64,000 bases of DNA from Octopus sinensis (GCF_006345805.1 NC_043014.1:42780001-42844000); one strand, 5' to 3'; shown: positions 36,846 to 50,760, counted from the stretch's first letter. Made by a program: numbers and translations. The notes: generated by a model from the letters alone, not told the origin.

Positions 36846-39560
36846 TTGCTTACAATATATTGGGCGAATAACTGCCATCTCTATATAGCTGCGACTATCG
36901 GTTGTTGATTTTGTAACAAGCTAAAGTAGCCAGTGTTAAATCTCTGAGAGAAATTCGCATAGTAACAGAACTAAACGGTAAAGGCTGTTACGACTTTTAC
37001 ATGGCCATTCTATGCAGAACAAATGTTACTAGAGATGACAGCTATTTATCCTATGGGAATCTCTTTCAGAGATTTAAAACCAGCTATTTTAATTTGTTAG
37101 AAGATCAGCACCCGATAGTCGCTTCTTTATTTATACATTGCGAGCAAGGATGAATAGCTGTCATTTCTAGCAGGCAAACCTCCTTACTGAGGATGGGAAG
37201 AAACCCAGAAAAAAAGGTATACTGGCTTTGCTTTGCTGGAGTGGGAGTTGTTCGCTCTCTTGCTCTCAATAAAACAGACACAGGTTGTGTGTTGTTAGCC
37301 TGTGGGAAAAGATGTTTTCCTGGGTTTAAAATATAGACTCAAAAACTGAAATTTTGTGTGGAGGGGGTCTGGTTGATTATATCAACTCCAACGCTTCATG
37401 GATAAATATTTTATTGACCCTAAAAGGATGAAAGACAAAATCGACCTCAGGGATATTTGAACACAGAACATAAAGACAGATAAAATCCTTTTCAACATTT
37501 TGTCTGGCATACAACATTTTGTCTGGTACCCTAAATTCTTTCTACTATAAGCACAAGGCCTAGAATTTTTGGGGAAGGGGCCAGTCGATTACATCGACTC
37601 TAGTGCTAAGCTGGTACTTATTTTATCAATTCTAAATGGATGAATGGCTAAGTTGACCTTGGCAGAATTTGAACTCAGAACAAAAGGACTGAAGAAATTC
37701 TACTAAGCATTTCACCTGGTGTTTTAATGCTTCAGCTAGCTCACTGTTTTACTGCCAAGTAATATTAGTACAATTAGAATTTGATTGAAATTGGCAGTTC
37801 AGAGGAAATGTGAAAAGGTAAGAAGTCACACTGGTAAATAGTTATAAAAGAAAAAAAGGATCTTTTCGGTTTGAATGGCAGTTTTTTCTAGCGGTGTCAT
37901 GAAATTGTCACCGATAATTATGACCCTAGTATCGATCTATTGCATTTCAATCTGTTTTAGGGTTAGGGTTGGTTAGGGGTGGAGGGAAGGGTATCTTTTT
38001 CTCTTCAGAAATGTAAATAAACCCAATCTGTTTCTTAAATGAGGGACATATTCATATGGCACAGAATGTTTTTTACCTCAATAGACGTCATTGATTAGTT
38101 GAAATTGCAGAAATTGAAGAAAAAAAACAACTAATATCTTACAAACTATAGAATTTTCTCTATAAAGCCAAGAGAAAAAGATGTTTTATAAACACATTCT
38201 ACCAGTATACGAAGTTTAAAAGTGTTTAGTTACGTGGAAATTATTGTAAAAAACTGCCTGTCAAACCGAAAAGATTCGAAAAAACTATACAACAAGGGCA
38301 CTCAGAAAGTGCAAATGTCCACCAAGGCAACACCAACGTCCTCTCAATGATTAGCCAGAGATTATTTTTAAAATGAGAATATCTGTAATAAACTCGACTG
38401 CTCTCATAAATGAGAATGCTAGAAATGAATCCAACTGCTCTAAAAAATTAAGTAAAAGAAACAGGAAAAAAAATCCAGAATCCTTGTTTGGTACTGGATC
38501 GATCCCAAAATCTAATCAGTTTGTGCCAGTTATGAAACCAAGCATCCCTGAAAGTTTCATCCAGACCCATCCAGTGGTTCTTGAGATATCTTGTCCACAG
38601 ACAAGCAAACATGACTAAAAACACTTCCTCCACCTTCGCTAAGGCGGAGGTAATAATCAAAGAGTTTTAATATGGATCACAAGGAAGAGAGAGAGAGAGA
38701 GAGACTACGCATAAAATAAATCTAGATTAGGACGGTTAGAATTTGACTGTCAACAACAGAACCAGGAAGTCGTAGTTTCAGAATAGAAATCAAAGAGAAG
38801 ACACAGCTCAATAGAGATATTGGTGAATGAAGAATTTGTCAATCAATCAGGTAGATCTAGGTTTTAGTTTTTGTTTGTTTTTTTGTTTTTTGTTTTTTGT
38901 TTTTTTTTTCTTCCTAGGTTTTGATTAGACTGTGTATAATGGAAATGCGTTAAAAATACAAACACTTGCAACAGGTTCAAACAAGAATTTCATGAATAAT
39001 CGATTGGAAATAGTATTATCTATCAAAATTATCTCAATTTACTCTGATACTTCCAGAAGATTCTATATACAAGTGATATTCAAATTCAAAAATATTAATA
39101 CTTGATTATAAATATTTCTGCAACCTTTTGTTAATTTTTTTATTTAGTTATTTTTATCCATTTTATTTATTTTATTCTCTGTTTTTTTTTTTTTCTTACT
39201 CAACTAAGATCACTATGATTTTCTTGTCTTAGATAGATTCAACGCTGATTGACGTTCATGAGACCAATAATATAGATTTGATTAAACAAATAATCAATTT
39301 ATTGGCTGTCCTATTTATTTATTGATCTTCCGATGAGATCAAAATAGCATATATCTTTTCTTTTTTATATTTTACTTTTATTTTATTCCATTTTATTACT
39401 TTATTCCTTTTTCTTTTTTTGTCTCATGTCTCTAGCTGTTTGCCGCATCTCCTCTTGACCAAACTGCTTATGGAACTATGAAATAAACATCTTCCAAAAA
39501 AAGCTAGTTATTACATTAAAGAACATGCATGTTATTTCTCACTTTGTATCCTCGTTACAG

Positions 39561-39709
39561 GCTGGCAGAAGCTTTATGTTGACTTAATTAGAAGATACGC
39601 CAAAGAAGTTACAAGTATTTACTCAAGTGAACATCACAAAAGCCATTCGCAAAAGACCTCTTCAGATTTTATGATTGGTTTAAATCAATTCATAACAACA
39701 AGAGCTTAA
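39561..39709 (+). CDS. Candidate exon (WQKLYVDLIRRYAKEVTSIYSSEHHKSHSQKTSSDFMIGLNQFITTRA*)
   Basis: Acceptor 'tttgtatcctcgttacag|' and 48 open codons in AT-rich unique sequence. No recognised homology. Confidence 0.35.
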
Positions 39710-41161
39710 CCTCAAATATACATGTATATGTGCATGTATATGCATGTGTGTGTATGTGTGTGTGCGCACGTGTCTGTTTGTGTTTGTGTGAGGTGGTATC
39801 GAAAAGGTTTTAGACTAGTTCTGTAGCGCACCAACAGATGGCAGCACACGACTTTCATGAGGCAGTGTGCTGAGTGACATTGCCGTGTTTACTTTGCAAT
39901 TCATGTGAAATTTGTGCCTTTGTGGTTATGTGCATACAGCAGTCTGCGATTTTACATTGGATAGGAACATTGGATAGCTAGCTAGATAAATAGATAGATA
40001 AGAAGGCAATTAGATTGATGGATAGATAGATAGCGATGTAAATATAGTACGTTTATATATTTGTTGTGCAAGATTTTTTATGTGAAGTCGTGTGTTGAAA
40101 CAGATATTGTTATATTTCGGAATGGTCATTTTGCCAGTTTAGCCAATAGAAATAAGATTAAGATTAAGATTAAGATTAATGTAAAAAATAAATAACACTG
40201 AAGTAAAGTAACACCAAATATATAGTGCGTGTGTTTTTATTGGCTAAACTGGCAAAATGACCATTCCGAAATATAACAATAGATGTAAATATATATTTAC
40301 ATGTATGTATATGCACGTACATATGTGTGTGTGCACACTTGTTTTGACGTCATGTGATGGTGATGATGATGCAATGATGATGATGGTGATGACGACGACG
40401 ACAATGATGAAGATGATGATGACAATGATGACACTGATGAGGATGGTGGTGGTGCTGGTGCTGATGGCCATGGTCTTGGTCACGGTGATGGTGGTAGTGG
40501 TGGTGATAACGATGACGATGACGACAACGATGATTATGATGATGATGATGGCAACGACGATGACAATGATAATGATGACTATGATGACAACAACGCCAAC
40601 AGCAACAACAACAACAACAACAATGCTGACGATGCAGTTTGTGTCATAAGCAACTTGACATCTTTCATTCAGCATCCTGATACAGATGCAAACTGCATTA
40701 CACTGGAGCCAACCCTTAACCTCTACCAACACTGCTCATCAGACTCTCAAATTATTGTCGAGTCAAGAGTCAGGTCATTTGATCAACATCTCTGCAGCAT
40801 TCTCTTTCGAATGCATCACTTTTTGCTCTTGTGATAGTTTACCAATAACACAGTCACACCAATCATCTAAGATAACACCTTTCTCTGTGCTTCCTGATTA
40901 ACTAAGAGAGTGACGTAGCGGAGGGAAATCATAGATTAAGATTAAGATTAAGATTAATGTAAAAAATAAATAACACTGAAGTAAAGTAACACCAAATATA
41001 TAGTGCGTGTGTTTTTATTGGCTAAACTGGCAAAATGACCATTCCGAAATATAACAATATCTGTTTCAACACACGACTATATATATATATTTACATTATA
41101 TATAATACACACCACACGCACACACAATAGAAATATATATATATACATACTATATTTACAG

Positions 41162-41220
<59 letters not shown>

Positions 41221-41272
41221 TACATTTATGTATATATACATATATACATATATATATTTACTTTATGTATAT

Positions 41273-41307
<35 letters not shown>

Positions 41308-41399
41308 ATATATATGTATATATATACATATATACATATATACATATATATATATATAAATAATAATAATAATAATAATATAATAATAATAATAATAAT

Positions 41400-41826
41400 A
41401 ATAATAAAAGGGTAAAATTAATTAATTAATTAATTAATCAATCAATCAATTAACAATTAATAATTTTACCAAGTAGTTCGGTACGTTATGATAACCTTTG
41501 TTAGGTAAAATTATATAAATATTCTATAATTATAAACATAATTATAATCAGGAGTCAGCTAATTGCTTCGCCATGCACCAAATTTGGAAATAGGAGTTAA
41601 AATACCTTTTCTTTTGCTATAAAGATCTCCCAGACAGTAACACACATTTTTTATGTAAGCAAAAAGAGAAAAATTACGAATCCACATGACTCATATTAGC
41701 TACATTGCGTATAGTTATTGTCTGGGAGATCTTTATGGTAGCAGAAAAGGCATTTTAACTCCTATTTCTAAATTCAGTGCATGGTGACCCATGATTATGA
41801 TTATGTTTATAATTATAGAATATATA

Positions 41827-41869
<43 letters not shown>

Positions 41870-43190
41870 ACGTTATATAATTAGGGTTCAGTAAAAAAAT
41901 TTACTTTACCACACACCGAACTTTTAGAAATAGCAGCCAAAAAATTTAGCTATTTCCTCTACTTTAAGAAAAGTCTCCCAGACAATGTATACTAAAAAAT
42001 AATTCGCGTAGGTATCAAGGGAAAAATAACGAAAGATCACTCATACATCGATTACTTGAGAACGCCGTTTCTGGGTTAGTTAGATATAGAGATGCTAGAA
42101 ATACATACTCCTATCAACATTTCCATCATCAGCCCAAGATTTTGTTAGGTTTAAATTTGAGAGCACTAAAAATCGAACATACCCGTCTGATATGAGTAAT
42201 CCCAGACAAATCATCTATATATATATATATATATATATATGATTATTATTTGAAGGAATAAAATCCAAACTTACAAGGAAAAAATTCAATTAGAAATACT
42301 AAATCAAATTTCACACAATATAATATATATATATAAAAAATTAGAAAAAAACCACCTTTTATCAATTCAAAATGAACAATTAAATTACACCATCTAGAAA
42401 ATTACATATAATAGAAATATTAAAATTAAAATAACAATAAAATCTCAATGATTAAGTAAATTGCAAAAAAAATAAAAACGTATATAATTGGTAGAAATAA
42501 ATATATATATATGTATAACTAATGTAGGATAACATTTTTTTGAGAAAAAATTTTATCAATGGCCAGCATATCAAAAAATACCTTTAAAGGTTAAATTTAT
42601 GAATAATTTACAAAATAAGGGCAAAAGAAAAATTCTAATGCCAAATATGCCGAAAAAAAAGACAAAATTGTCAATAATCATTATAATTTATGTGACTCGA
42701 AACAAACCGATAGAAATTTCTAAAAAATCCGTTATTACCGTATTGGTCCCAATTCGGGGTTAATTTATAAGAATTTTCCCCTCTTCGGCGATAAATACGT
42801 GAGATATAAATGAAATACTTACTCATACCCATGGAAAAAGCAAGCACTAAGTCCTGAGCAGACCTAAGTACCCCAAATATATCCAAAATAGAAAATCTTC
42901 GGCACATCTCGAGACACATGTGATTCGAACTAGAAACTTTCACAGAGTGAGAGAATCCAGAAGTGAATACTATTAAATTTATAACTAATGTAAGATAAAA
43001 TTTTTTTCGAGAAAAAAATTTTATCAATTTTATCAAGTTGGGACCAATACGGTAATAACAGATTTTTTAGAAATTTCTAACAGTTTGTTTCGAGACGCAT
43101 AAATTATAATGGTTATTGACAATTTTGTCTTTTTTCGGCATATTTGGCATTAGAATTTTTCTTTTGCCCTTATTTTGTAAATTATATATA
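41400..43190. mobile_element. Cluster of AT-rich element fragments (PLE-like) separated by (TA)n, with two internal fold-backs
   Basis: Inverted pairs 41521-41636/41719-41821 and 42604-42754/43036-43184. 42240-42330 resembles the reverse complement of the 23296-family 3' end. Confidence 0.5.
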
Positions 43191-43414
43191 TGTATATATA
43201 TATATCGGCATCAGTGCCAAACATCATTATACAAGCAGGTTGTTTGCAATCTTTCACGAAATAATGTCTGGCGGTTGTGCCATTCTTATTTGAAGGACAA
43301 AGGGAAATATCACCAAGCTTGAAACCAAGTGAAGGTTAGTGACAGGAAGAGCATCCACTCTACATCAATGAATTTTATCTAACCCTAGATAAGCATGCAA
43401 AAGCCAACATTAAA

Positions 43415-43848
43415 GCAATGATGATTATGATGGTAGTGATGGTGGCAGTGGTGGTGGTAGTGGTGGTGATGGTAGTGGTGGTGGTGGTGGTGGTGGTAGT
43501 TGTGGTGATGGTAGTGGTGGTGGTGGTGGTGGTACTACTGCTATAGTTGCTTGCATCAGAGTCAGTGACTGCAGTAGTGGCAGTGGCAATGATGGTCATA
43601 ACAGTGGTGGCAGTGGTGGTGGTGGTGGTGACTAAAAAGGCAGCAGCAGCAGTAGCAATAGTAGTCATTGTCATAACAACAGTGACCTCAACAATGATGA
43701 CGACGATGGTGATGCTGCTGCTGCTGCTGATGATGATGGTGATGATGGTGATGATGATGGTGATGATGGTGATAATGATGGTGATGATGGTGATGATGAT
43801 GATGGTGATGGTGATGATGGTGGTGATGATGATGATGATGATGCTGCT

Positions 43849-43881
<33 letters not shown>

Positions 43882-43911
43882 GACGACAATGGTGATGATT
43901 GTGAGGATGAT

Positions 43912-43943
<32 letters not shown>

Positions 43944-43980
43944 TGATGACGACGATGATGATGATGATGATGATGATGTT
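43415..43980. repeat. (GAT/GGT/GAC)n trinucleotide field
   Basis: Direct inspection. Confidence 0.95.
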
Positions 43981-44418
43981 TGGAAACTGGAATGAAATGA
44001 TTTGCTGCGGAAAAGAGAAGCCTAATGATAATAATAATAATATATTTTGAGCCAAACTCTTGAACAAAGAATTCATTCCATTCTGCAAACATTGTGCATC
44101 TTTTATTCATAGTATGGTGGCCTTCAACATCTTAGAAATTATTGTTGATGAAACCCCCACCTTATCAAGGCATTTCCTTAAGTGACTTAGAAAACCAAGA
44201 AAGGGTCGCTTTATGAAGGTTCGGCCTTGACTGCAAGCTGGCCATTCTTCAATATGTTAATATTGAATATGACAGGTTTTTGTAAATGTATATCAAGACT
44301 TTAGCTATTTCAGGGAGAGGATACAAACTAGCATGTATGGCAATGATACTCATTTGTAACCATCTTGTGATGTCAAGGCAAGAGTTTAAACACACTCACA
44401 CAAGCATGTGTATATATA

Positions 44419-45105
44419 GGTCTCACCATGGAAATGACTAGAGACCGAGACCTATGGAAGTATGCTGTGCGTGAGAAGACCCGGCAAGACTAGTGAACCC
44501 ATAACCCGTGGCCCCTACCTGGGACGTAGTCAGTCCACCTGTGCATACCTTCCTTCTTGTGACACTTGTGAAGACCTGTTGAGGCAAGTGAAAATCAAAA
44601 TCAAATCAAATCAAACCAAATCAAAATAGATGAACATCAATGGAATTTGTATCCTTGTGGTACCAGTGCCGGTGGCACATAAGAAAACCTTCCGAACGTG
44701 ACCGTAGCCAGTACCACATCGACTTGCCTCCGTGCTGAGGGCACGTAACAAACACCATCCAAGCGTGGCCATTCGCCAGCCTCGTCTGGCACATAAGAAA
44801 ACACCATCCGAGCGTGGCCGTCTGCCAGCCTCGTCTGGCACCTGTGTCGGTGGCACATAAAAAACACCATCCGAGCGTGGCCGTCTGCCAGCCTCGTCTG
44901 GCACCTGTGTCAGTGGCACATAAAATCACCCACTACACTCTCGGAGTGGTTGGCGTTAGGAAGGGCATCCAGCTGTAGAAACACTGCCAGATCTGACTGG
45001 CCTGGTGCAGCCTTCGGGCTTGCCAGACCCCAGTTGAACCGTCCAACCCATGCTAGCATGGAAAGCGGACGTTAAACGATGATGATGATGATGATGATGA
45101 TGATA
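44419..45105 (+). mobile_element. RTE-clade LINE 3' end
   Basis: GLTMEMTRDRDLWKYAVREKTRQD*, then a 3' UTR with ~55-bp tandem repeats and a (GAT)n tail. Confidence 0.85.
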
Positions 45106-45119
45106 TGAAACATATATAT

Positions 45120-45202
<83 letters not shown>

Positions 45203-46709
45203 AGCCATGATAGATCGTTAGCCACTACACACATTTTTTTCTCTCCTTGTTTTCTGTGTCCCTTTCTGTAGAAGAGCGTAGGTTCGAAACGTAAAAGACT
45301 TTTTCTATTCCTGAGTGTTATGCTAATACATCTGTTTGTTTTGTACACCACCTGTCTTCGTCTTTTGTTTTTTTTCATAAACTCTCCCTATATATATATA
45401 TATGAAACAATGAAGCATTCTCTACATAATCATTCAAACTGCCATGGGATGGTTGGAATACATCTGTAGATAAAATGGAAGTCTTGTCCTAGATGTAGTA
45501 TGCATCACCTTCTCAGGGTTTGTAGTAGTGTGTACTCTATGGTGGTCTGACTAGTGTTGATGGCCAAAAAAAGTACTCAGTACAGACTGTGAAGTGACTG
45601 GCATTAAGATGAACAGCCAATCATAAAAATCATGTGAAAGCAGACACTGGAGCATAGTGCAGTCCTTGGATCCGTCGGATGCTATGAAACCATCCATCCC
45701 ATAGTCATGTCATGCTGGTCGATGATGACATATTGGGATTGATGATGGGCTTTGAATACTGGACGTTACCGGTTTGCATGAGCTGTTGTCATGCTTGTGC
45801 CTGTGTGTGTGTGGAGCATAGAGGTTAAATAACAACAACAAAGATGACAACAATAATGAGAGGAAGGGAAGGAGTGTGAAAGGGAGGAGGGAGGAGAGTG
45901 AAGGGGTGGAGTGTGAAGGGGAGTAGAGGAGTGTGGGGTGTGAATGGGAGGGGAGAGGTGTAAAGGGGAGTAAAGAGGTGTGAAGGGGAGAGGTGAGGTG
46001 TGAAGTGAGGGTAGAGGTGTGATGGGGAGGGGAGGGGATGCATGTAGAGGGGGAGAGGAGTGGGAAAGGAAGGGGAGGAGGGAAGGGGTGTGAAGAAGAG
46101 GAGAGGGAGTTGGAGGAGGAGGGGAGGAGGAGGAGAAGTAGGAGAACAACGAAGATGACGATGACAGTAATGATGATAACGACGACAATGACGACGGCAA
46201 TGACAAATAAGATGACAATAAAGATTTATTCTATAAAGTAAAGCTCCTTTCTTTTTGCTTCCCTTCAAAACGCTCACCAAAAAAACAAAACAAAACAAAA
46301 TGAATGTAACTTCTATCCCAATCAAAGGGCAACAACTCAAAAACCACCCTTGGACTTACATAACACCTCAACTTTGCTTTGAGAAAGAATTTTTAGTAAA
46401 ACTTGCTTCTTATTCACCTTCAAGCAATTACTGCAACCAATCTATCAAAGTGCCAATATGTCCGGAACGTTCCTTCTTCCAAAAATATAAATTATATAAC
46501 AGATCACATTGACCCACTGTAATCATATGCAAATTTAGGCAAAATAATGTATTTCATTTTATTCTTTGAGTATTTTCAGCTTTTGGACTGAGGCCAGTCT
46601 TTAGTCTGGTGTGTGTTTTAATTGATGTCTATTAATCAAATGGACAAGTCAACCTTGGCAGCAGAATTCAATGTCAAAGACAATGAGATATTTCTGATAC
46701 ACACAAACA

Positions 46710-46741
<32 letters not shown>

Positions 46742-47326
46742 CCATCACCACCACCACCACTTTCATCATCATCATCATCATAATCATCATCATCATCATC
46801 ATTATCATCACCATCATCATAGTCACCACCACCACCACCACCACCACCACCACCACCATCTTCATCATCATCATCAGCAGCAGCAGCTTCACCACCACCA
46901 CACCACCACCACCACCACACCACCACCACCACCACCACCACCACCACCATCACCATCACCACCACCACCACCATCTTCTTCATCATCATCATCATCATAA
47001 TCCTCCCCCTCCTCATCATCACAATCCTCATCCTCCTCCTCCTCCACCCCTCCTCCTCCTCATCATCATCATCTTCATCCTTGTTTTCACACGCACTTTC
47101 CCATGCTGGCATGGGTCGGAGAAAATTTGTTGAGGTGAATCCTGCACAGCCGGATGCCATTCCCGTCACCAATCCTCACTTGTTTCCTTGTAAGATAATA
47201 TTTGCCCTCTGACCTGAAGACTAGAAATGAACAAACTAGCATGTATGACGATGATACTCATATGTAACCATCTTGTGATGTCAAGACAAGGATATAAACA
47301 CACTCACACACACACATAAGCATATA

Positions 47327-47367
<41 letters not shown>

Positions 47368-48883
47368 TAATATTCTAATATTCTAATATTCTAATATTCT
47401 GATATACATCTGTGTATATGTATACGTACATAAATACATGAATACATACATGTATACATACATACATACATACATAACATACATACATATCATACATACA
47501 TACATACATACATACATGTGCCTGGTGTACCCTTATCAGGCGGGTAGTCATGATGGGTGTATTGGGCTTCATATATTTTACCCCTGTGTCACTTTGATGG
47601 CTAAATGATGATGATGATATATATATATTTATGTAAAATTAAATAATGTCAAACCATCCAACCCATGCCAGCATGGAGAACAGATGTTAAAAGATGATGA
47701 TGATGATGATGATGACGACGATGACAACAATGATGACGACAACAACGACGACAATGACAATAAGAACGATTACATTGATGTATGTATGTATGTGTGCATG
47801 TATGTGTGTAGGTATGTATGTATGTATTTATGTATGTATGTATGTATTGTGTGTATCTATGTATGTATGTATTGTGTGTATGTGTGTATGTATGTATGTA
47901 TGTATGTATGTATGTATGTATGTATGTATGTATTGTGTGTATGTGTGTATGTATGTATGTATGTATGTATGTATGTATGTATGTATTGTGTGTATGTATG
48001 TATGTATGTATGTATTGTGTGTATGTATGTATGTATGTATGTATGTATTGTGTGTATGTGTGTATGTATGTATGTATGTATGTATGTATGTGTGCATGTG
48101 TGTGTGCATGTGTGTAGGTATGTATGTATGTATGTATGTATGTATGTATTGTGTGTATGTATGTATGTATGTATGTATGCATGTATGTATGCATGTATGT
48201 GTGTATGTGTGTAGGTATGTATTCATGCATGTATGTCATTGTTCAGTTTTATTTCAAAATTTCTTGCCAATAGAGAAAGAGCCGGTTCCTCATCCAAGGC
48301 TCCTTCATTGGAATCTCAACATCAACAATCGGTTATTTTTGTTTCTATTGAAAAACAAAGGAATATTTAAAACACACACTCACACATGTACATGAATGTA
48401 TATATATTATGTATGTATGTATATGTATGTATGTATGTATACATGTATGTATTCATGTATTTATGTACGTATACATATACATAGGTGTATATCAGAATAT
48501 TAGAATATTATGGAAAGTATTTGTTGTTTGTTCAGTCAGAATGTCGAAATTTCAGCCGTGTTAGGCTTATTAAATATAAACTGATTTATTCCCAGCATTT
48601 TGTTGATACACACTGACATTTATGATTCTCATGCAGAAATTATTAAAAAACTAATATTTCAAAGTATTAGAATGTAATACGTAAACATCCAGAACACATC
48701 ATGACAACAGAGTAAGTTGGCCAAACTTTGGAACAGTGGGTTCTGAATATTTAACGAATTCTGAACCAGAATTCTGTTGGCTTCAGTGATTGTCTGAATA
48801 TGTTTCAGCATAGAGGGAACCAGTTTTTAACACTGCTTTGGTGAGACTAAAAACCCAGCTTGTCTTTATAGCAACTTTTAGAT

Positions 48884-49103
48884 CAGTGGTTTTCAACCAG
48901 GGTTCCGCGGAACCTTAGGGTTCCACCAGCACAGTCCAGGGGTTCCGCAAGAAGTTACAAAACTGCTAAAATCGGCAGTAATTTTAAAATTCTCCTGTGC
49001 AGATATGTGTGCATAAGACTATTAAATTATTGCACAGGGGCTCCCCGAGCCAGTGGAATGTTTCCTTGGGATTCCGCTCCAGCAAAAAGTTTGAAAAGCA
49101 CTG
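48884..49103. mobile_element. hAT (Charlie-like) MITE
   Basis: TIRs CAGTGGTTTTCAAC / TTTGAAAAGCACTG. 8-bp TSD ttttagat / ctttagat. Confidence 0.8.
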
Positions 49104-49536
49104 CTTTAGATGTGACTGATTACTGGAACCTATGTTAACCATCTTGATTTTAACTACACTGCCTTCCTGTGGCTGTGTTGTGTTCTTGAGCAAGACACTT
49201 TATTTTACCTTGCTCTAGTTCACTCAGCTGTAGAAATGAGTTGCGACATCACTGGTGCCAAGCTATATCGGCCCTTGCCTTCTGTCAAACCATCCAACCC
49301 ATGCCAGCATGGAAGACAGACGTTAAAAGATGATGATCATGATCATGATGATGACGACGATGATGACAGCAACGATGACGACAACAATGACGACGATGAG
49401 GATAAGAATGATGACAATGATGCTTAGCATAGCTTCTCAAGCATAGCAAACCACCAGAAGTCATGCATACATGCATGGATACATATATGCATACATACAT
49501 ACACGCATACATACATGTATACATACATACGAGCGT

Positions 49537-49919
49537 GGAGGCGCAATGGCCCAGTGGTTAGGGCAGTGGACTCGCGGTCATAGGATCGCGGTTTCGATTC
49601 CCAGACCGGGCGTTGTGAGTATTTATTGAGCGAAAACACCTAAAGCTCCACGAGGCTCCGGCAGGGGGTGGTGGTGAACCCTGCTGTACTCTTTCACCAC
49701 AACTTTCTCTCACTCTTACTTCCTGTTTCTATTGTACCTGTATTTCAAAGGGCCGGCCTTGTCACTCTCTGTGTCACGCTGAATATCCCCGAGAACTACG
49801 TTAAGGGTACACGTGTCTGTGGAGTGCTCAGCCACTTACACGTTAATTTCACGAGCAGGCTGTTCCGTTTGATCGGATCAACCGGAACCCTCGTCGTCGT
49901 AACTGACGGAGTGCTTCCA
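49537..49919 (+). mobile_element. tRNA-derived SINE (head related to family C, different tail)
   Basis: GGAGGCGCAATGGCCCAGTGGTTAGGGCAGTGGACTCGCGG...GGTTTCGATTCCCAGA with A and B boxes, continuing into a ~300-nt non-tRNA body. Confidence 0.85.
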
Positions 49920-50194
49920 TATACATAGGAGCATATACATCAATAGCATGGAGAGAGGAGGCTGGTATGCATGGGAGACTGTCGGTCTTCTATGAAAACA
50001 AACCTCACCAGACTAGTGCCTTAGAGGGGAACTTTCTATGTGCAATCCCATGGTCATTCATGACCAGAGGGGCTTTTTTACCTATTTACCCATACCTTCC
50101 TTATTTAGAGCTTCATCACTCCAGATGGAAGAACCCCTCCCTGAACTCCTTCCATTGCTGCCCCTGGCCAATTGTATCCATGCAAGCCCCAGGT

Positions 50195-50760
50195 AGCAGG
50201 TGAGATCATCCCACCATTTTGTCTTTGATCAGCCTCCTGATGTTGTCCGTTGTCTCAGTGCCCATTCAATCACCCTGATTGTCCATCTGTTGTCCTTCAG
50301 CCACATGAAGTGGCCAGCCCGTCTATATTTGTTCTACTCGATGGTTCCTATTATGTTATTAAGGTGGCGAGCTGGCAGTATCGTCAGCACGCCGGGTGAA
50401 ATGCTTAGCGATATTTCGTCCGCCGCTGTGTTCTGAGTTCAAATTCCGCCGAGGTCGACTTTGCCTTTCATCCTTTCGGGGTCGATAAAAACTAAGTACC
50501 AGTTACACACTGGGGTCGATGTAATCAACTTATTCCGTTTGTCTGTCCTTGTTTGTCCTCTCTGTGTTTGGCCCCTTGTGGGTAGTAAAGAAATAGGTTC
50601 CTATTATGTTATTGATCTTCGTCTACTTTTGAATCCAGGCATTAGTTTTCATATCCCACATTGTGATGCTGAGCATGATTCCTTAAATTCTGTCTCTGTG
50701 AGATTCAAGTCAGGTGAGTTACCTGGGTAATGAGGCAGTGACGTGACGATCACCGAAGCA
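50195..50760 (-). mobile_element. Decayed RTE (BovB-like) ORF2 C-terminal remnant, interrupted by a SINE
   Basis: Minus strand gives RRAGHFMWLKDNRWTIRVIEW..GG*SKTKWWDDL, resembling WAGHV.R..DNRW...EW.P..R.RGRP..RW.D. Confidence 0.6.
50361..50595 (+). mobile_element. SINE family A monomer with TSD
   Basis: GGTTCCTATTATGTTATT at 50343-50360 and 50596-50613. Defines a ~235-bp monomer ending 'aaagaaata(ggt)'. Confidence 0.9.

Noticed and set aside
49537-49612. tRNA gene calls for SINE heads (also 17730-17804, 24330-24399 and family B heads)
   Set aside because: They run into SINE bodies, lack a complete acceptor stem or terminator, and some have TSDs.
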